From: Chiloscyllium plagiosum
Taxonomy: Eukaryota
NCBI RefSeq assembly: GCF_004010195.1
Contig: NC_057720.1
Location: 34,961,992 to 34,988,493 of the forward strand
Length of the DNA stretch: 26,502 bases
Direction: 5' to 3'
Shown: piece after piece, positions 1-10,574 of the stretch
Position numbering within the stretch: the first letter of the stretch is position 1
Layout of the letters: the number at the start of each line of letters is the position of its first letter
Program-made: the position numbers and the translations under genes
The notes under the pieces: generated by a model
What the model saw: the letters and a program-made list of their open reading frames with translations, nothing else
What the model was told of the DNA's origin: nothing
The model's database searches: none

Positions 1-114
1 CCAGTACCACATTGTTAACTGCGTGTTCTTATTTGATCTGAGTCATGTTCAACTGAATCTCTTCTTTCTCAAAACTAAACTTTTTCCCTACCTGCTTCTA
101 CCCTATACATTTTT

Positions 115-412
115 TAGAGGGCATAGTTTAGGGTGAGATGGGAAGGTATATAAAAGCGACCTAAGGAGCAACTTTTTCATGCAGAGGATGGTGCGTGTAT
201 GGAATGAGCTGCCAGAGGAAGTGGTGGAGGCTGGTACAATTACAACATTTAAAAGGCATTTGGATGGATATATGAATAGGAAGGGTTTGGAGGGATATGT
301 GCCAAGTGCTGGCAAATGGGACTAGATTAGATTGAGATATCTGGTTGGCATGGACAAGTTGGATCGAAGGGCCTGTTTCTGTGCTGTACATCTCTATGAC
401 TCTATGACTCTA
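115..412 (+). mobile_element. CR1 (HER1-like) LINE 3' end fragment
   Basis: Decayed C-terminal CR1 ORF2 motifs (..NFFMQRMVRVWNELPEEVVEAGTITTFKRHLDGYM..), 3' UTR and CTATGACT-type tandem tail; closely similar to copies at 9901-10205, 15617-15987 and 20944-21280. Confidence 0.95.
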
Positions 413-429
413 CATAAAGCTAAAAAGGA

Positions 430-1360
430 AGCTGCATTGTCGTGGATAATGTTAAGCTCCTTGAACATTGTTGGAGCTGCACTCATCCAGGTAAGTAGGA
501 AGAAATCCATGACACTCCTGACTTGCACCTTGTAGATGGTGGACAGGCTATGGGGAGTCAGGAGGTGAGTTACTCACTGCAGGATTCCGAGCTTCTGAAC
601 TGATCTTGTACCAACAGTTTTATATGTCTAGTGCTGATCAGTTTCTGGTCAATGTAACCGCCAAGTTGATGATAGTGCACGGTTTGGTGAAGATAACGCC
701 ATTGAATGACAAGGAGTGCTGGTTAGGTTTTCCCTTGTTGGAAATGGCAAATTGCCTGACACTTGTGGGGTGTAAATGGTACCCACCATTTTTCAGCCAA
801 ATCCTGGTTATTGGACTATTTCAGTACCTGAGGAGTTGTGAATGGTGCTGAACATTGATAACTGCACAATTAGCATCCCCACGTCTGACCTTAGGATGGA
901 AGAAATGTTATTGATAAACCTTAGGCCTAGGACACTACTTTGTAGAATAGCTACAGAGGTGGCCTGGAGTTGACATGATCTCCAACCATCACAATCAGTT
1001 TCCTTTTTGCTAAAATGACTCTAACCATTGGAGATAATGCCTCTCGTTCCCATTGACTCAGATTTGTTAGAGTTCTTCAATACCACACCAAGTCAAATAC
1101 AATCAAGGGCAGTTGGTCTTACCTCTCCTTTGAATTTAGCTCCCTTGTGCATGTTTGAACAAAGGCTAGAATGATGTAAGGAACTGAGTGGCCTTGCTGG
1201 AACGTGAACTAAGCTTCACAGGTTATTGCAACGCAAATGCTGCTTGATGGCATTGTTAAAGACTCCTTCCATAACTGATGACTGAGAAAAGACTAAATGT
1301 GGCAGGAATTAACCGGCTTGTATATTTTCCACTTTTTGTGTAGATAATATATTTTGGCAG
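430..1360 (-). mobile_element. Old L2/CR1-clade LINE reverse transcriptase remnant
   Basis: Reverse strand gives frameshifted RT-like segments (GEVR..ALD, QWLESFLAKRK-like, QSSVLG); heavily degenerate; boundaries approximate. Confidence 0.7.
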
Positions 1361-1374
1361 TGTGATTATGATAA

Positions 1375-1866
1375 CACAAGAGAGATTGCAGAGGAAATTT
1401 ATCAAGATGTTTCCTGGGCTGGAGAATTTTAGTTAAGAAGAGAGTTTGGACAGACTGGGATTGTCTTCTTTCGAAGAGACGAGACTGAGGGGGTCATGAA
1501 TGAAATGTATAAAATTATGCGGAGTATAGACAGGATGAAACTCTTCCCTTTAGTGGACAGATCATTGATCAGGCGTGATAGATTTAAGGTGTGGGATAAA
1601 AGATTTAAAGGGGATAGGAGGAAAAGAATCTTTACCCAAAGGGCAATGGGAATCTGAAACTCTGTCTGTAAAGGTGGTAGTGTTAGAAACCCTCATAACA
1701 TTCAAAAAGTATTTAGATGTGCATTTGTGATGCCAAGGCAATTGACCAAGTGCTGGTAAATGGTATTAGAATGGTTAGGTAGTTGTTTTTGACCAGCGCA
1801 AATATAATGGTTCAAAAAGCTTTTTCTGTCTGTAGTCCTCTATGAACCCTATGACTATGACTCTAT
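1375..1866 (+). mobile_element. CR1 LINE 3' fragment (older subfamily)
   Basis: Decayed ORF2 C-terminus (QRKFIKMFPGLE..EESLDRLGL..EMYKIMRSID) followed by a CTATGA repeat tail; similar to 11840-12264. Confidence 0.9.
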
Positions 1867-1944
1867 TATCAGGTACATGCTAAAGTTTTATGATTTATGA
1901 TTCTAAGGTTAATAGAATGCAACACAGGCATATTGGCATGCCAA

Positions 1945-2388
1945 GGGATAGCTGTGGTCGCATTGGTAACATACTCACCTTTAAAATCAGAAAGTTGCGT
2001 TCAAATCCCATTCCAGCGTTGAACACAAAAATCAAGGCTGACCCTCGAGTATTGAGGTGTTGGAGGTGCTGTTTGAACAAAACATTAAAGTGAGAGTTCA
2101 TTGGATTGCTGAGATGAATGGACAGGATCCAGCTCTCTTGCATTAAGAAGACCAAGAAACCTTCCTCCTTTTTTGGCCAATATTTATCACTCAATCAACA
2201 TCAGAGAAATAGATTATCTGATCATTATCAGGTGCTTGTGGGAGTTTGCCGAGAGTATTTTGGCCGCTGTAAATACATTGTAACAATATCTACACTTGCA
2301 AAAAAAAATGTACCATATCTGAACATGAAGCCTTTTGAGACATCTGCTGGTCATGAAAAGCTTGATATAAATGCTAGTTCTCCTTTTA
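1945..2388 (+). mobile_element. Deu-domain SINE (SacSINE1/AmnSINE-like)
   Basis: tRNA-like head with B box GTTCAAATCCC, central block GGCCAATATTTATCACTCAATCAACATC..AGATTATCTG, and 3' end TATAAATGCTAGTTCT, recalled as typical of Deu-SINEs. Confidence 0.7.
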
Positions 2389-3254
2389 AGTCTTGTAGAT
2401 AGAGGGAGAGTGCACTGTCACATTGGTCTTCAATCAAACAGAATTGCAAGAACATCCAAGCAAGGACTGGCACAAAAACAGCTCCTTGCTGATAGGTATT
2501 GACCTGAAACTTTAGTTGGAATTTTCTTCTTGGTGTGGCATGGACAATAGCAAGAAAGTTGGAAAAATATGGCAAGAATTAAAAAATCAGAATCTCAATG
2601 ACAAGAATATTTTTTTCTTCCAATTTTCCACATCAGACTCTTGCTATTGAGCAACAACTATCTTAGTTCCATTTATTTGTATCTTATTATTCATTGAATT
2701 GCCTTATTAATACACCAGGTGTTATTCTCCTCTTCTTCCCTGAAACGAAAATGGCATAAATTTCCAACATTCAAGTCAAACCAGCAGCTTTCGGATTGTT
2801 TGTCTTAGCAATCATCAAACTGCACCTTCACTACATTGTCCTTGCATGCTTCATGGTCATCAACCTCCTTGAACTTTCATCCAAGCAAGTCGCCAATGGC
2901 AAACCACCAGCCATGCCACATCATCATGCCTGCTCTTGGACCAAATTATATACGATTTCAGCCCTTCAACACTTCACTATGAAGCAGAAAGACATCTACA
3001 ACTTGCATGCTAGATCACTTTATGGGCAGGGACACATGCATTTCACACATTGATACAGAATGATTCATTTGGCTCTTAGGTTGCTTTCTTTGTGTTCACC
3101 TACTTTGCACTTATTTGCAAGCTGTCAGCCTCTGAGAATGCCTTGCATTTTAACACAGGGAGAGCAGAATATGTGAGAAGAATTACTGTGAGCTAGGGGG
3201 TGGACTATGTATCATGAATCTTAATTGTCACCAAACTTCAAATGCAAATGGAAA

Positions 3255-3330
3255 AATTCAGGCTGTTGACTTTACTCTTCTCTCCAAAGATGCTGTTGAG
3301 GGTTGTCAGTATTTTCTGCTTTTATGTCTT
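3255..3330 (+). mobile_element. Decayed Penelope-like terminal-repeat remnant
   Basis: GTTGAC..CTTCTCTCCAAAGATGCTG..CAGTATTTTCTGCTTTTAT resembles the sequence downstream of the hammerhead in better copies (10360-10410, 20880-20910). Confidence 0.5.
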
Positions 3331-4904
3331 GCCAACTTTTTGATTGTTCAGGCAAGATTTCACTTCAGTCAATATTTAAATATTTAAATAAGATGTATGT
3401 TAATTTAAAAATCAGACAGAGGTGTTACCAAAATGACTCCATGTTATTATTGCAAACAATGCATTTTAAAACTGAGGTAACAATGTGACTACTAACCTAG
3501 GAACACTCACTCTGTTCTTAACCACTTGCCACCTTTCCAACTAGACCTTAACCCACTCGATTTAAATTGCTAATGCCTCAATTACATTGGTAGACAAAGT
3601 GACTGAAGAAAAATAATGCATTAAGCTACAGTTTAATCTTCATGCATTGTAGTTTTCAAATCTTTAGTCATCTACCTCGCAAGGTAACAAAGTACTTTTC
3701 AACCTTAAAAGATTTGCTATACTGTAGATAATTGCATATAATTGCAGATCTATTTTAGGAATTTAACACAGTTTTTAAAACACGGCTCCTCCATCTGAAA
3801 TAATTCAAATTAAAGCTTATGATTCATAAGGCTAAAAATGTGAACAGCTCCACCTTGCCAAGTCACGTGTTCGGAGAGGATCTGAGAGCTGGCATAGTAT
3901 ACATTTCCCAGGTACACACATGTGCTGACTTGACTCAGTACATTGGGAAAGTTTCAACTCTTTCATTAGATGGTGCAACATTTTCTTTTATTTTCTGTTT
4001 GTTGAGATTAGCATTAATCATATCACATATCCAGCTTAAGAATACATCTTTAGATCCACAAATCCCCCGATACTCTACAGAGACAATACCAATTTGTTTT
4101 TGCTATTACTGGCATGTAAAATTTGGCACGTTGATACCAATGAGAAGGTGGATAATATTAAAAGTACAAAACTGGATAAGGCCCCTGTGAACTTAAATAT
4201 CAAAGAAACCTAACAAGAAGCCTCTGTCAGCGTTGTGCCGACTTAGCTTTTGTTCCTTGTTGGTGGCTCCTCTGGTACTTTTGGTTGCAGCTTTTTTTAA
4301 AAAAAAATCTATTGGCTTTTGTATCTGTGTGATTCACAAGGGTAGTGTCAAACATTAAAAAAAGTTGTTTTCCTCAATAGATTTCATTTTAGTACCACCT
4401 CAAAGAAATCCTAACAACATAAACTGCACCAGCATGTTCATTGTGGCTGAGTTTATATGATCTCAATAGGTCTATGTTTGCATTTGCAATGAAGAATTTC
4501 AGGAAAAGACAGCTTGCAGTCATTCTAGCATTACTGTTTCCAAAACCCAGCCATTTCTTGTACACTTAAACTAAATTATTATTTTTGTATAAAATGGCAT
4601 TTGCTGTGAGAGCGGAGGTTCAAAGCAATGACACCAAATCAGCAGTGCTGAACAACTTGAAAGAAACAAAGTTGCTTTTCTATAGCTCATATATCAGTAT
4701 GAACTGCTTGAAAAGGCATTTATAAGGAACTGAAAGCATGATTCTCCCATGGTATGGGGAAATAAAAACACAAAATAGGCGGATGTTGGACTGGGCACTG
4801 AATTAGTGGGAATTGTTCAGCCAAAGCACTGCTTTGCTGCTGGGAACCTCTGGCAGGTGTGAGAGCTGACTTGAAAAAGACCGAGGCAAACATTCTGGAT
4901 GGCA

Positions 4905-5219
4905 AGCCTTCAAATCCATCATGAGAAAAAATGTGAAATTTAACTTCAAGGAATAAAAATCAGGAATTTAAATATTGACTCAGTAATGGTGACTAGGACA
5001 ACTTTCATCAATTGTCATAAAAACCCAACTGGTTTACCAATGAAAAGGTGAGAAAATCTGCCATCTTTACCCAGTCTGGCCTATGTGGGACTCCAGATCC
5101 ACAGCTTTGTGGTGAGCTCTTAATTGCAATTTAGGCCATTCTTGGCTCCCGGCAATAAAGAATGGATAAAAATATGTGCACTTATTAGTGATGCTCACGT
5201 CTCACAAAAGAATAAAAAA
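4905..5219 (+). mobile_element. Old tRNA-derived SINE with LINE-derived 3' tail
   Basis: Degenerate B box (TTCAAATCC), body AAAAACCCAACTGGTT..GTCTGGCCTATGTGGGACTCCAGA, and a tail ending GATGCTCAC..GAATAAAAAA similar to the LINE end at 12480-12536. Confidence 0.65.
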
Positions 5220-5555
5220 TATTGAAAGCCCTGTCTGTTGGTGATTTCAAATGATGTCTTTCATACATGGCAAAGGTATGCAAACCATTCCTCAGGAATC
5301 TAGAGTATGTGCCAAGGTAGCTGAATGCTATTTGGTGTCTTAATACCCTGCTCAATGTTCACCCAGATTGAATAGTTTTGTCACAAAGAGAAATGTCTCC
5401 AGAAACGTTGTGGTGTTTGAAATGAGAGGGAGAAGAGTGTCCCACAGATCACTTCTGGAAGATGTGGCTGCTTAAATAAATATCAGTCCAAAGATTGGAG
5501 TGGACAGACCTCCAGTTGTAAATAGGCAGAATTTTCCAAACAACTTTTATTCCAG

Positions 5556-5664
5556 ACGAGTCGAGAGTATGGTAATGTAATCAGAATTAGTCTTATTTCC
5601 AAAACACAAAGTAGAACTTTGCAATAATGAAATTTCCACTAAAGACAATCTAAACCTGATAAAG
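5556..5664 (+). other. Candidate non-coding (5' UTR) exon
   Basis: Acceptor CTTTTATTCCAG and consensus donor AAG|GTGAGT; all three frames contain stops. Confidence 0.25.
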
Positions 5665-5796
5665 GTGAGTTCACTCCCTTTATTCATTTTCTAGTAGACC
5701 ATTAGTAAAACCTGTTTTGATACTTGAGGGGTAGTTTAGTTTTTGAGTTTAGAAGGTCCTGCTTCCATTGAAATGGCCTGTGCTGCTATCCTGCAA

Positions 5797-6099
5797 TGAT
5801 TAGGTTAGATTACTTACAGTGTGGAAACAGGCCCTTCAGCCCACACCAACCCTTCGAAGAGCAACCCACCCAAATCCATTCCCCTACATTTACCCCTTCA
5901 CCTAACACTACAGGCAATTTAACACGGTCAATTCACCTAACCTGTACATTTTTGGAATGTGGGAGGAAACCGGAGCAAACCCATGCACACACGGGGAGAA
6001 TGAGCAAACTCCACACAGACAGTTGCCTGAGGCGGGAATTGAACCTGGGTCTCTGGCGCTGTGAGGCAGCAGTGCTAACCACAATGCCACTGTGCCGCC
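5797..6099 (-). mobile_element. HE1 SINE (V-SINE)
   Basis: Reverse strand: GGCGGCACAGTGGC..TGGTTAGCACTGCTGCCTCACAGCGCCAG..GGTTCAATTCC (A/B boxes), V-domain CTCCGGTTTCCTCCCACA, CR1-like tail ending in AATCT-type repeats. Confidence 0.93.
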
Positions 6100-6148
6100 A
6101 ACTGTCCAATAGATCTGACCTTCTGCTGCTAAGATTCCTGCTCTTCTA

Positions 6149-6370
6149 AGGGATCTGGGTAGCTCAGTTAGCTGAACAGTTGGTTCGCGAAGCAGAGTGC
6201 TGCAAACAGCATGAGTTCAATTCCCATCACTGGCTGAGGTTACCATGAAGCACTCTCCTTCTCAACATCTCTCTTTGCCTGAGGTATGGTGGCCCTCAGG
6301 GTAAATCACCACCAGTCATCTCTCTAAAATGACAGACCAACCCTATGGTCTGCTAAGACTATGGTGACTT
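6149..6370 (+). mobile_element. Short tRNA-derived SINE (non-HE1 family)
   Basis: A box TAGCTCAGTTAG and B box GAGTTCAATTCC followed by an unrelated body with a CCTGAGG..CCTCAGG hairpin. Confidence 0.7.
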
Positions 6371-6437
6371 GACTAGTAATTAAAAGTCAGGAAGTCACCA
6401 CCAGGAGAATTATAGTGTATATTGTCAAAATATTTAT

Positions 6438-6849
6438 GGGGCGGCACAGTGGCTCAGTTGTCAGCACTGCTGCCTCACTGCACAGGGACTGCAGTTCAAT
6501 TCCAGCCTTGGGAAGCTGTCTACAAGGAGTTTGTACATTCTCCCTGCATCTGTATGGGTTTCCTCGGAGTGCTCTGGTTTCCTCCCACAGCCCAAAGATG
6601 TGCAGGTTATGTGGATTCACCATGGGAAATGCAGGGTTACAAGATAGGATAGGGTAGTGGGGTGGTTCTGGATGGGATACTCTTCAGAGAGTCATTGATG
6701 GGCCAATGACAAGATTAGAATGATGCTGGAAAAGCACAGCAGGTCAGGCAGCATCTAAGGAGCAGGAAAATCGATGTTTCAGGCAAGAGCCCTTCATCAG
6801 GAATGGGCCAATGGCCTGTTTCCACACTGTAGAGATTCTATGATTCTAT
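6438..6849 (+). mobile_element. HE1 SINE interrupted by a Penelope-derived insertion
   Basis: GGGCGGCACAGTGGCTCAG head, GGTTTCCTCCCACAG core, tail GCCTGTTTCCACACTGTAGAGATTCTATGATTCTA; insertion at 6709-6802. Confidence 0.92.
6709..6802 (-). mobile_element. 94-bp Penelope-like fragment with hammerhead core and 11-bp TSD
   Basis: ATGGGCCAATG at 6698-6708 and 6803-6813; minus strand reads CUGAUGA-A-GGGC-UCUU-GCCU-GAAAC-AUC. Confidence 0.85.
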
Positions 6850-7324
6850 TGTGACCATTATTAAAACTAGCTAAAAGCAAGGTTTCTGATAGGGTCGGTC
6901 TCTCCAGTTTTTACTGGCTTAATTTTTATTCTGGTGAATTTACACCAATGTATAGGATTAATTCCACACTGAAGGGTCTTATTCTACAAGTTAAAAATGC
7001 ACACCACAGACAGGGAACTAATTGCAGCACTTCGTCTTGGAGAAGGATGGATCACATTCAATCCATTTTTTGCTAAAATGGTAAAACACAATAATTGAGT
7101 CATTTACGAATTAGAATTGAGTGAGGCATTTACACTGTCTAAACTTCATGAGACCACAAAAATACAATTAACAGATTAAAATATTTCTGATGATAATGGA
7201 GATCTGCACAATTATATTCTTAGCCATTAGCTTATAAACGAAGCACATTGTACACTCAGACTTCTAAAGACTGAGTCAATTTTAGTCATTATTCTAAAAT
7301 ACTTTTAATCAATATATATAATGC

Positions 7325-7418
7325 AAACCAAAATAGAAAGTGCTGAAGAAACTCAGCAGATCTGGTAGCATCTGTTGAGAGAGAAAGAGTTAATGTTTCA
7401 AGTCTTTCTTCAGAATTC
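7325..7418 (-). mobile_element. Decayed Penelope-like terminal-repeat remnant
   Basis: Minus strand TTCTGAAGAAAGACTTGAAACATTAACTC..CAGATGCTACCAGATCTGCTGAGTTTCTTCAGCAC: CUGAAGA..GAAAC core with a shortened stem II. Confidence 0.7.
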
Positions 7419-7511
7419 TTGTTCATTATATAATGCAAATATTGAAAGAACCATTTTTAGATACTGTAAATTAAGACATACCCAAAAATATAATTATTTG
7501 TTTATTTGTAG

Positions 7512-7545
7512 TACAATGGAACAGCTTGGAAACATTGTTAGTTTG
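7512..7545 (+). CDS. Candidate 34-bp exon containing a putative start codon (MEQLGNIVSL)
   Basis: Acceptor TTTGTTTATTTGTAG, donor TTG|GTGAGT, ATG at 7516 in strong Kozak context (ACAATGG); product not recognised. Confidence 0.4.
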
Positions 7546-7655
7546 GTGAGTACAAGAATTCAGTGAGAAAAAGAAGGGTTTTTTACTTCTTTTTCTCTGT
7601 CTTTGTCACCCTCCAGGAGACCATGAGTTTAAAAGATGCTTGACAGGATTAAGTT

Positions 7656-7809
7656 AAAAATCACACCACACCAGGTTGTAGTCCAACAGGTTTAATTGGA
7701 AGCACTAGCTTTCGGAGCGCTGCTTCTTCAACACCACCACCTAATGAAGGTGGTTAAAAGTGATTTTTAACTTTGTACACCCCAGTCCAAGACCGGCATC
7801 TCCAAATCA
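7656..7809. mobile_element. Second Penelope-like family, inverted fragment pair with 15-bp TSD
   Basis: TGACAGG(A/G)TTAAGTT at 7641-7655 and 7810-7824; minus strand ..UUGAA-GAAGC-AGC-GCUCC-GAAA-GCUA-GUG; plus strand CAC-CUAAUGA-AGG; AAAAATCAC/GTGATTTTT inverted. Confidence 0.75.
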
Positions 7810-7877
7810 TGACAGGGTTAAGTTTGGGAAAAAAAAATCAACGAGTGCCATCACAAGAGAAATGTAAATTCATCTGT

Positions 7878-8035
7878 ACATTACCCCTAGTACCACTCTG
7901 CAGAAAATAAAGAAATAGGAGGAATAGATGGACAGCTGAAAGTATGGTCCAAGAGGGAGGGCTTCAAATTCCTGGGGGACTGGAACTGGGGAGATGGAGC
8001 CGGTACAAGCCAGGAGTGTTAACCCTGGACAGATT
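7878..8035 (+). mobile_element. CR1 ORF1 (SGNH esterase-like) remnant
   Basis: Reads QLKVWSKREGFKFLGDWNWG then RWSRYKP after a frameshift, resembling the WCRREGFRFL..W..YK.DGLH region of CR1 ORF1. Confidence 0.65.
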
Positions 8036-8321
8036 TGAGACTTGAGTTCCTTGTGGGGCAGACCCAGTACTGATTCAAATGGGCCAAAAGACCTTCCTCT
8101 GACCCATAACAGTTGTGGAATTCTGTGATATGCCCATGAATAATTTTTCCTTCCCAATATTCTTGCAATAACATGTATTTTCTGGTAATTTTAGAATCAT
8201 GCCAGCATGTTGTCTATTTCCACATCTCTCCCAATGTTTTTGATGTATTGATGAAGAAATCACATTGCTTTAAGTTTCAGCTCCCTTGCTTCACAATTCA
8301 TTTCTAATGTTTTACTTATAG

Positions 8322-8332
8322 ATTTCTGAAAG
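8322..8332 (+). CDS. Candidate 11-bp micro-exon (ISER)
   Basis: Branch-like TTCTAAT and strong acceptor TTTTACTTATAG; weak donor AAG|GTTTAT; restores the frame between 7512-7545 and 12715-12740. Confidence 0.22.
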
Positions 8333-8439
8333 GTTTATCCCCAGTTTTTTGCTGTAAATCTGGCAGTTAATGGTTTGCAATGCACAACTCTCAACAACTA
8401 CAGAAAGAAGGACTGAGAGTTAGTGAGTGGCTGTTGAAT

Positions 8440-8690
8440 CAGAGATAACAAATTTAAGGTGATAGTCAAATAAAACTCAAAGATAACACGGGGAACAACC
8501 TTTTAATTGGATAGGATCTGGAATGCACTGCCTGTGAAGGCTGGGGAGGCAGATTCAATGATGGTTTTCAAAAGGAAATTGCATAAGACCAGAAGAGAGA
8601 GTATGCAGGGAGATGAGAAAAGAGTAGGGGACAGGGAGAGCTAAATTGCTCTTGCAGAAAGCAAGGTGTAGACTATTCTGTGATTTTATG
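8440..8690 (+). mobile_element. Highly decayed CR1 3' fragment
   Basis: AAATTTAAGGTGAT..AGGATCTGGAATGCACTGCCTG..GAGGCAGATTCAAT (IWNALP..EADS) and a decayed TTCTGTGATTTTATGA tail. Confidence 0.7.
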
Positions 8691-9900
8691 AACCAAGGAC
8701 AATTGCGAATTTGACAACCATTTACTGCTCACTTGGTCTTTGTCAGTAGGTCTTCTTCCAAAAGACTACTTATGTCAGTGACAACTCATGCAATATCCCA
8801 AGCCTCTTCAGGTATTTTTACTGCAAGGTCTCCAGGAAGCTGACCACTGCCTGCGAATCACATGTTGAGGATGGTTAGGAGAAGGTCACTGGCTGCTCCT
8901 GCTCATTATTGCTGGTGTGTAAGGGGTTCAGGACCCTGCAGTAAACTTGTGACAATGTGATGGAGCTGAACATCACTGTGCATAAATAACACAAAGTTGG
9001 CAGAGTTAGGATACTCTATACTAAACAGAAACTGATGTGACTGATCTCTGTCTGAAAGACTCACATGAGAACATGCACATGAACAGAACAAGAATATAGA
9101 TAAGTCCTTACCAAATGTAACTACAACTCAGAGCTCGGAATATGTACGACTACCATGTATATCAGTACTTAGTATTAATATATAATAAATAGTGTTACTT
9201 TGAAGTCTAAGCCTCAAGACAGTTCTTGCCTTTGCCTTCTGCTCGACTAGTCTGTCTTGATCGCATGATCAAAGAATTGCTATTACCTCTCATCTTGTTT
9301 CATATCAGAGGTGCAAGGTAGAACTGCATAACTTGATCATGTACTGATGTTTGACAGTAGACCGTTTGGTCACACATACTGAATTCCAAACTAATAGCAA
9401 TGATTAGACAGTGTAGTGGAAATTTCCTTTAAAAGCAGTGAAAGAACATTGTCAGAATAAGTATTATTAGAAAAAAGGTATTTCCTTTAGTCCAGAAAGC
9501 TGGCCCAAGATCTTAGTACCGAAGATATATTTTCCCTGTCACTTGTTCAGTCCTTAAATCCAACTGTTCACTCACTTTGAGTTACCAGTGACTTCCATGA
9601 ATCGTGGGACACCTCTGCACATACAGTTACATTTGAAATTAAAAGTTAAAACAATTATTATTGACATATTGTAACGCCAACAAACCTCTAATCCCATGAG
9701 TATTTTTCATCATACAATTACACTGAAGTTATGGTGGAGATGAATAGGTTGAAGGAGGCCATTCAGAATGGAATTCAAGTCAAGAAGAATCATAGTAACA
9801 GTCTGCACTACTTGGATTCATACCCACCACCAAGTAAGACAATTGAGATTGTTTGAGACCAAACAACACAGTTCTAGAACATTGTTGCAGGAACTCTTCA

Positions 9901-10205
9901 GAGTCATAGAGTTATAGAGATGTACAGCATGGAAACAGACTCTTCGGTCCAACTCGCCCAGATATCCCAACCCAATCTTGTCCCACCTGCCAGCACCTGG
10001 CCCATATCTCTCCAAATCCTTCTTATTCATATACCCATCCAGATGCCTATTAAATGTTGCAATTGTACCAGCCTCCACCACTTCCTCTGGTAGCTCATTC
10101 CATACACGCACCACCCTCTGCGTGAAAAAGTTGCTCTTTAGGTCTCTTTTATATCTTTCCCTTCTCACCCTAAACTTATGCCCTCTAGTTCTGGACTCCC
10201 TCACC
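9901..10205 (-). mobile_element. CR1 LINE 3' end fragment
   Basis: ORF 9818..10276 contains ESRTRGHKFRVRRERYKRDLKSNFFTQRVVRVWNELPEEVVEAGT; tail AGAGTCATAGAG on the + strand. Confidence 0.95.
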
Positions 10206-10217
10206 CAGAGATTTTTA

Positions 10218-10428
10218 AAAAACTGCAAATGTTGGAATCCAAAGGAGAGAGGCAGGAGGCTGGTAGAACACAGCAAGCACGGCAGTATCAGGAGATGGAG
10301 AAGTCAACGTTGCAAGTATAACCCTTCTTCAGAATCCAGAAGAAGGGCTACACCTGAAACGTTGACATCTCCACCTCCTGATGCTGCCTGGCTTGCTGTG
10401 TTCTTCTAGCCTCCTGCCTGTCTACATT
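10218..10428. mobile_element. Palindromic Penelope-like element (two inverted hammerhead-bearing arms)
   Basis: Arms about 10250-10330 and 10339-10419 are imperfect reverse complements; cores CAGAAGA-A-GGGCUACACCU-GAAAC-GUU (+) and CUGAAGA-A-GGGUUAUACUU-GCAAC-GUU (-). Confidence 0.8.
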
Positions 10429-10574
10429 GGAACTCTTCAGTCAGACAAAGCATTCCATTTGCTTGGTACCCCATTTCCCACCTTCAACAATCACTCCCTC
10501 TGTCATTGATGCACAGTGGCAACACCATATACAAGATACATTGCAACAACCAATTCTCCTTTAACTGATAAAGT

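Noticed and set aside
3372..3390. AT palindrome ATATTTAAATATTTAAATA
   Set aside because: Low-complexity AT sequence expected by chance
3668..3683. 16-bp micro-exon candidate (TTTAG..AAG|GTAACA)
   Set aside because: Moderate signals only and no independent support
4595..4726. Short ORF MAFAVRAEVQSND.., and other unique-region ORFs such as 3819..4190 and 2796..3053
   Set aside because: No recognisable domain or splice context; lengths within chance expectation
6149..6230. Possible tRNA gene (also the HE1 heads)
   Set aside because: A and B boxes are present, but no cloverleaf closes and the sequence continues into SINE bodies
8733..9156. Leader exon plus second exon resembling an Ig/TCR V gene on the minus strand
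   Set aside because: No conserved Cys/Trp framework or recombination signal, and stops in all frames
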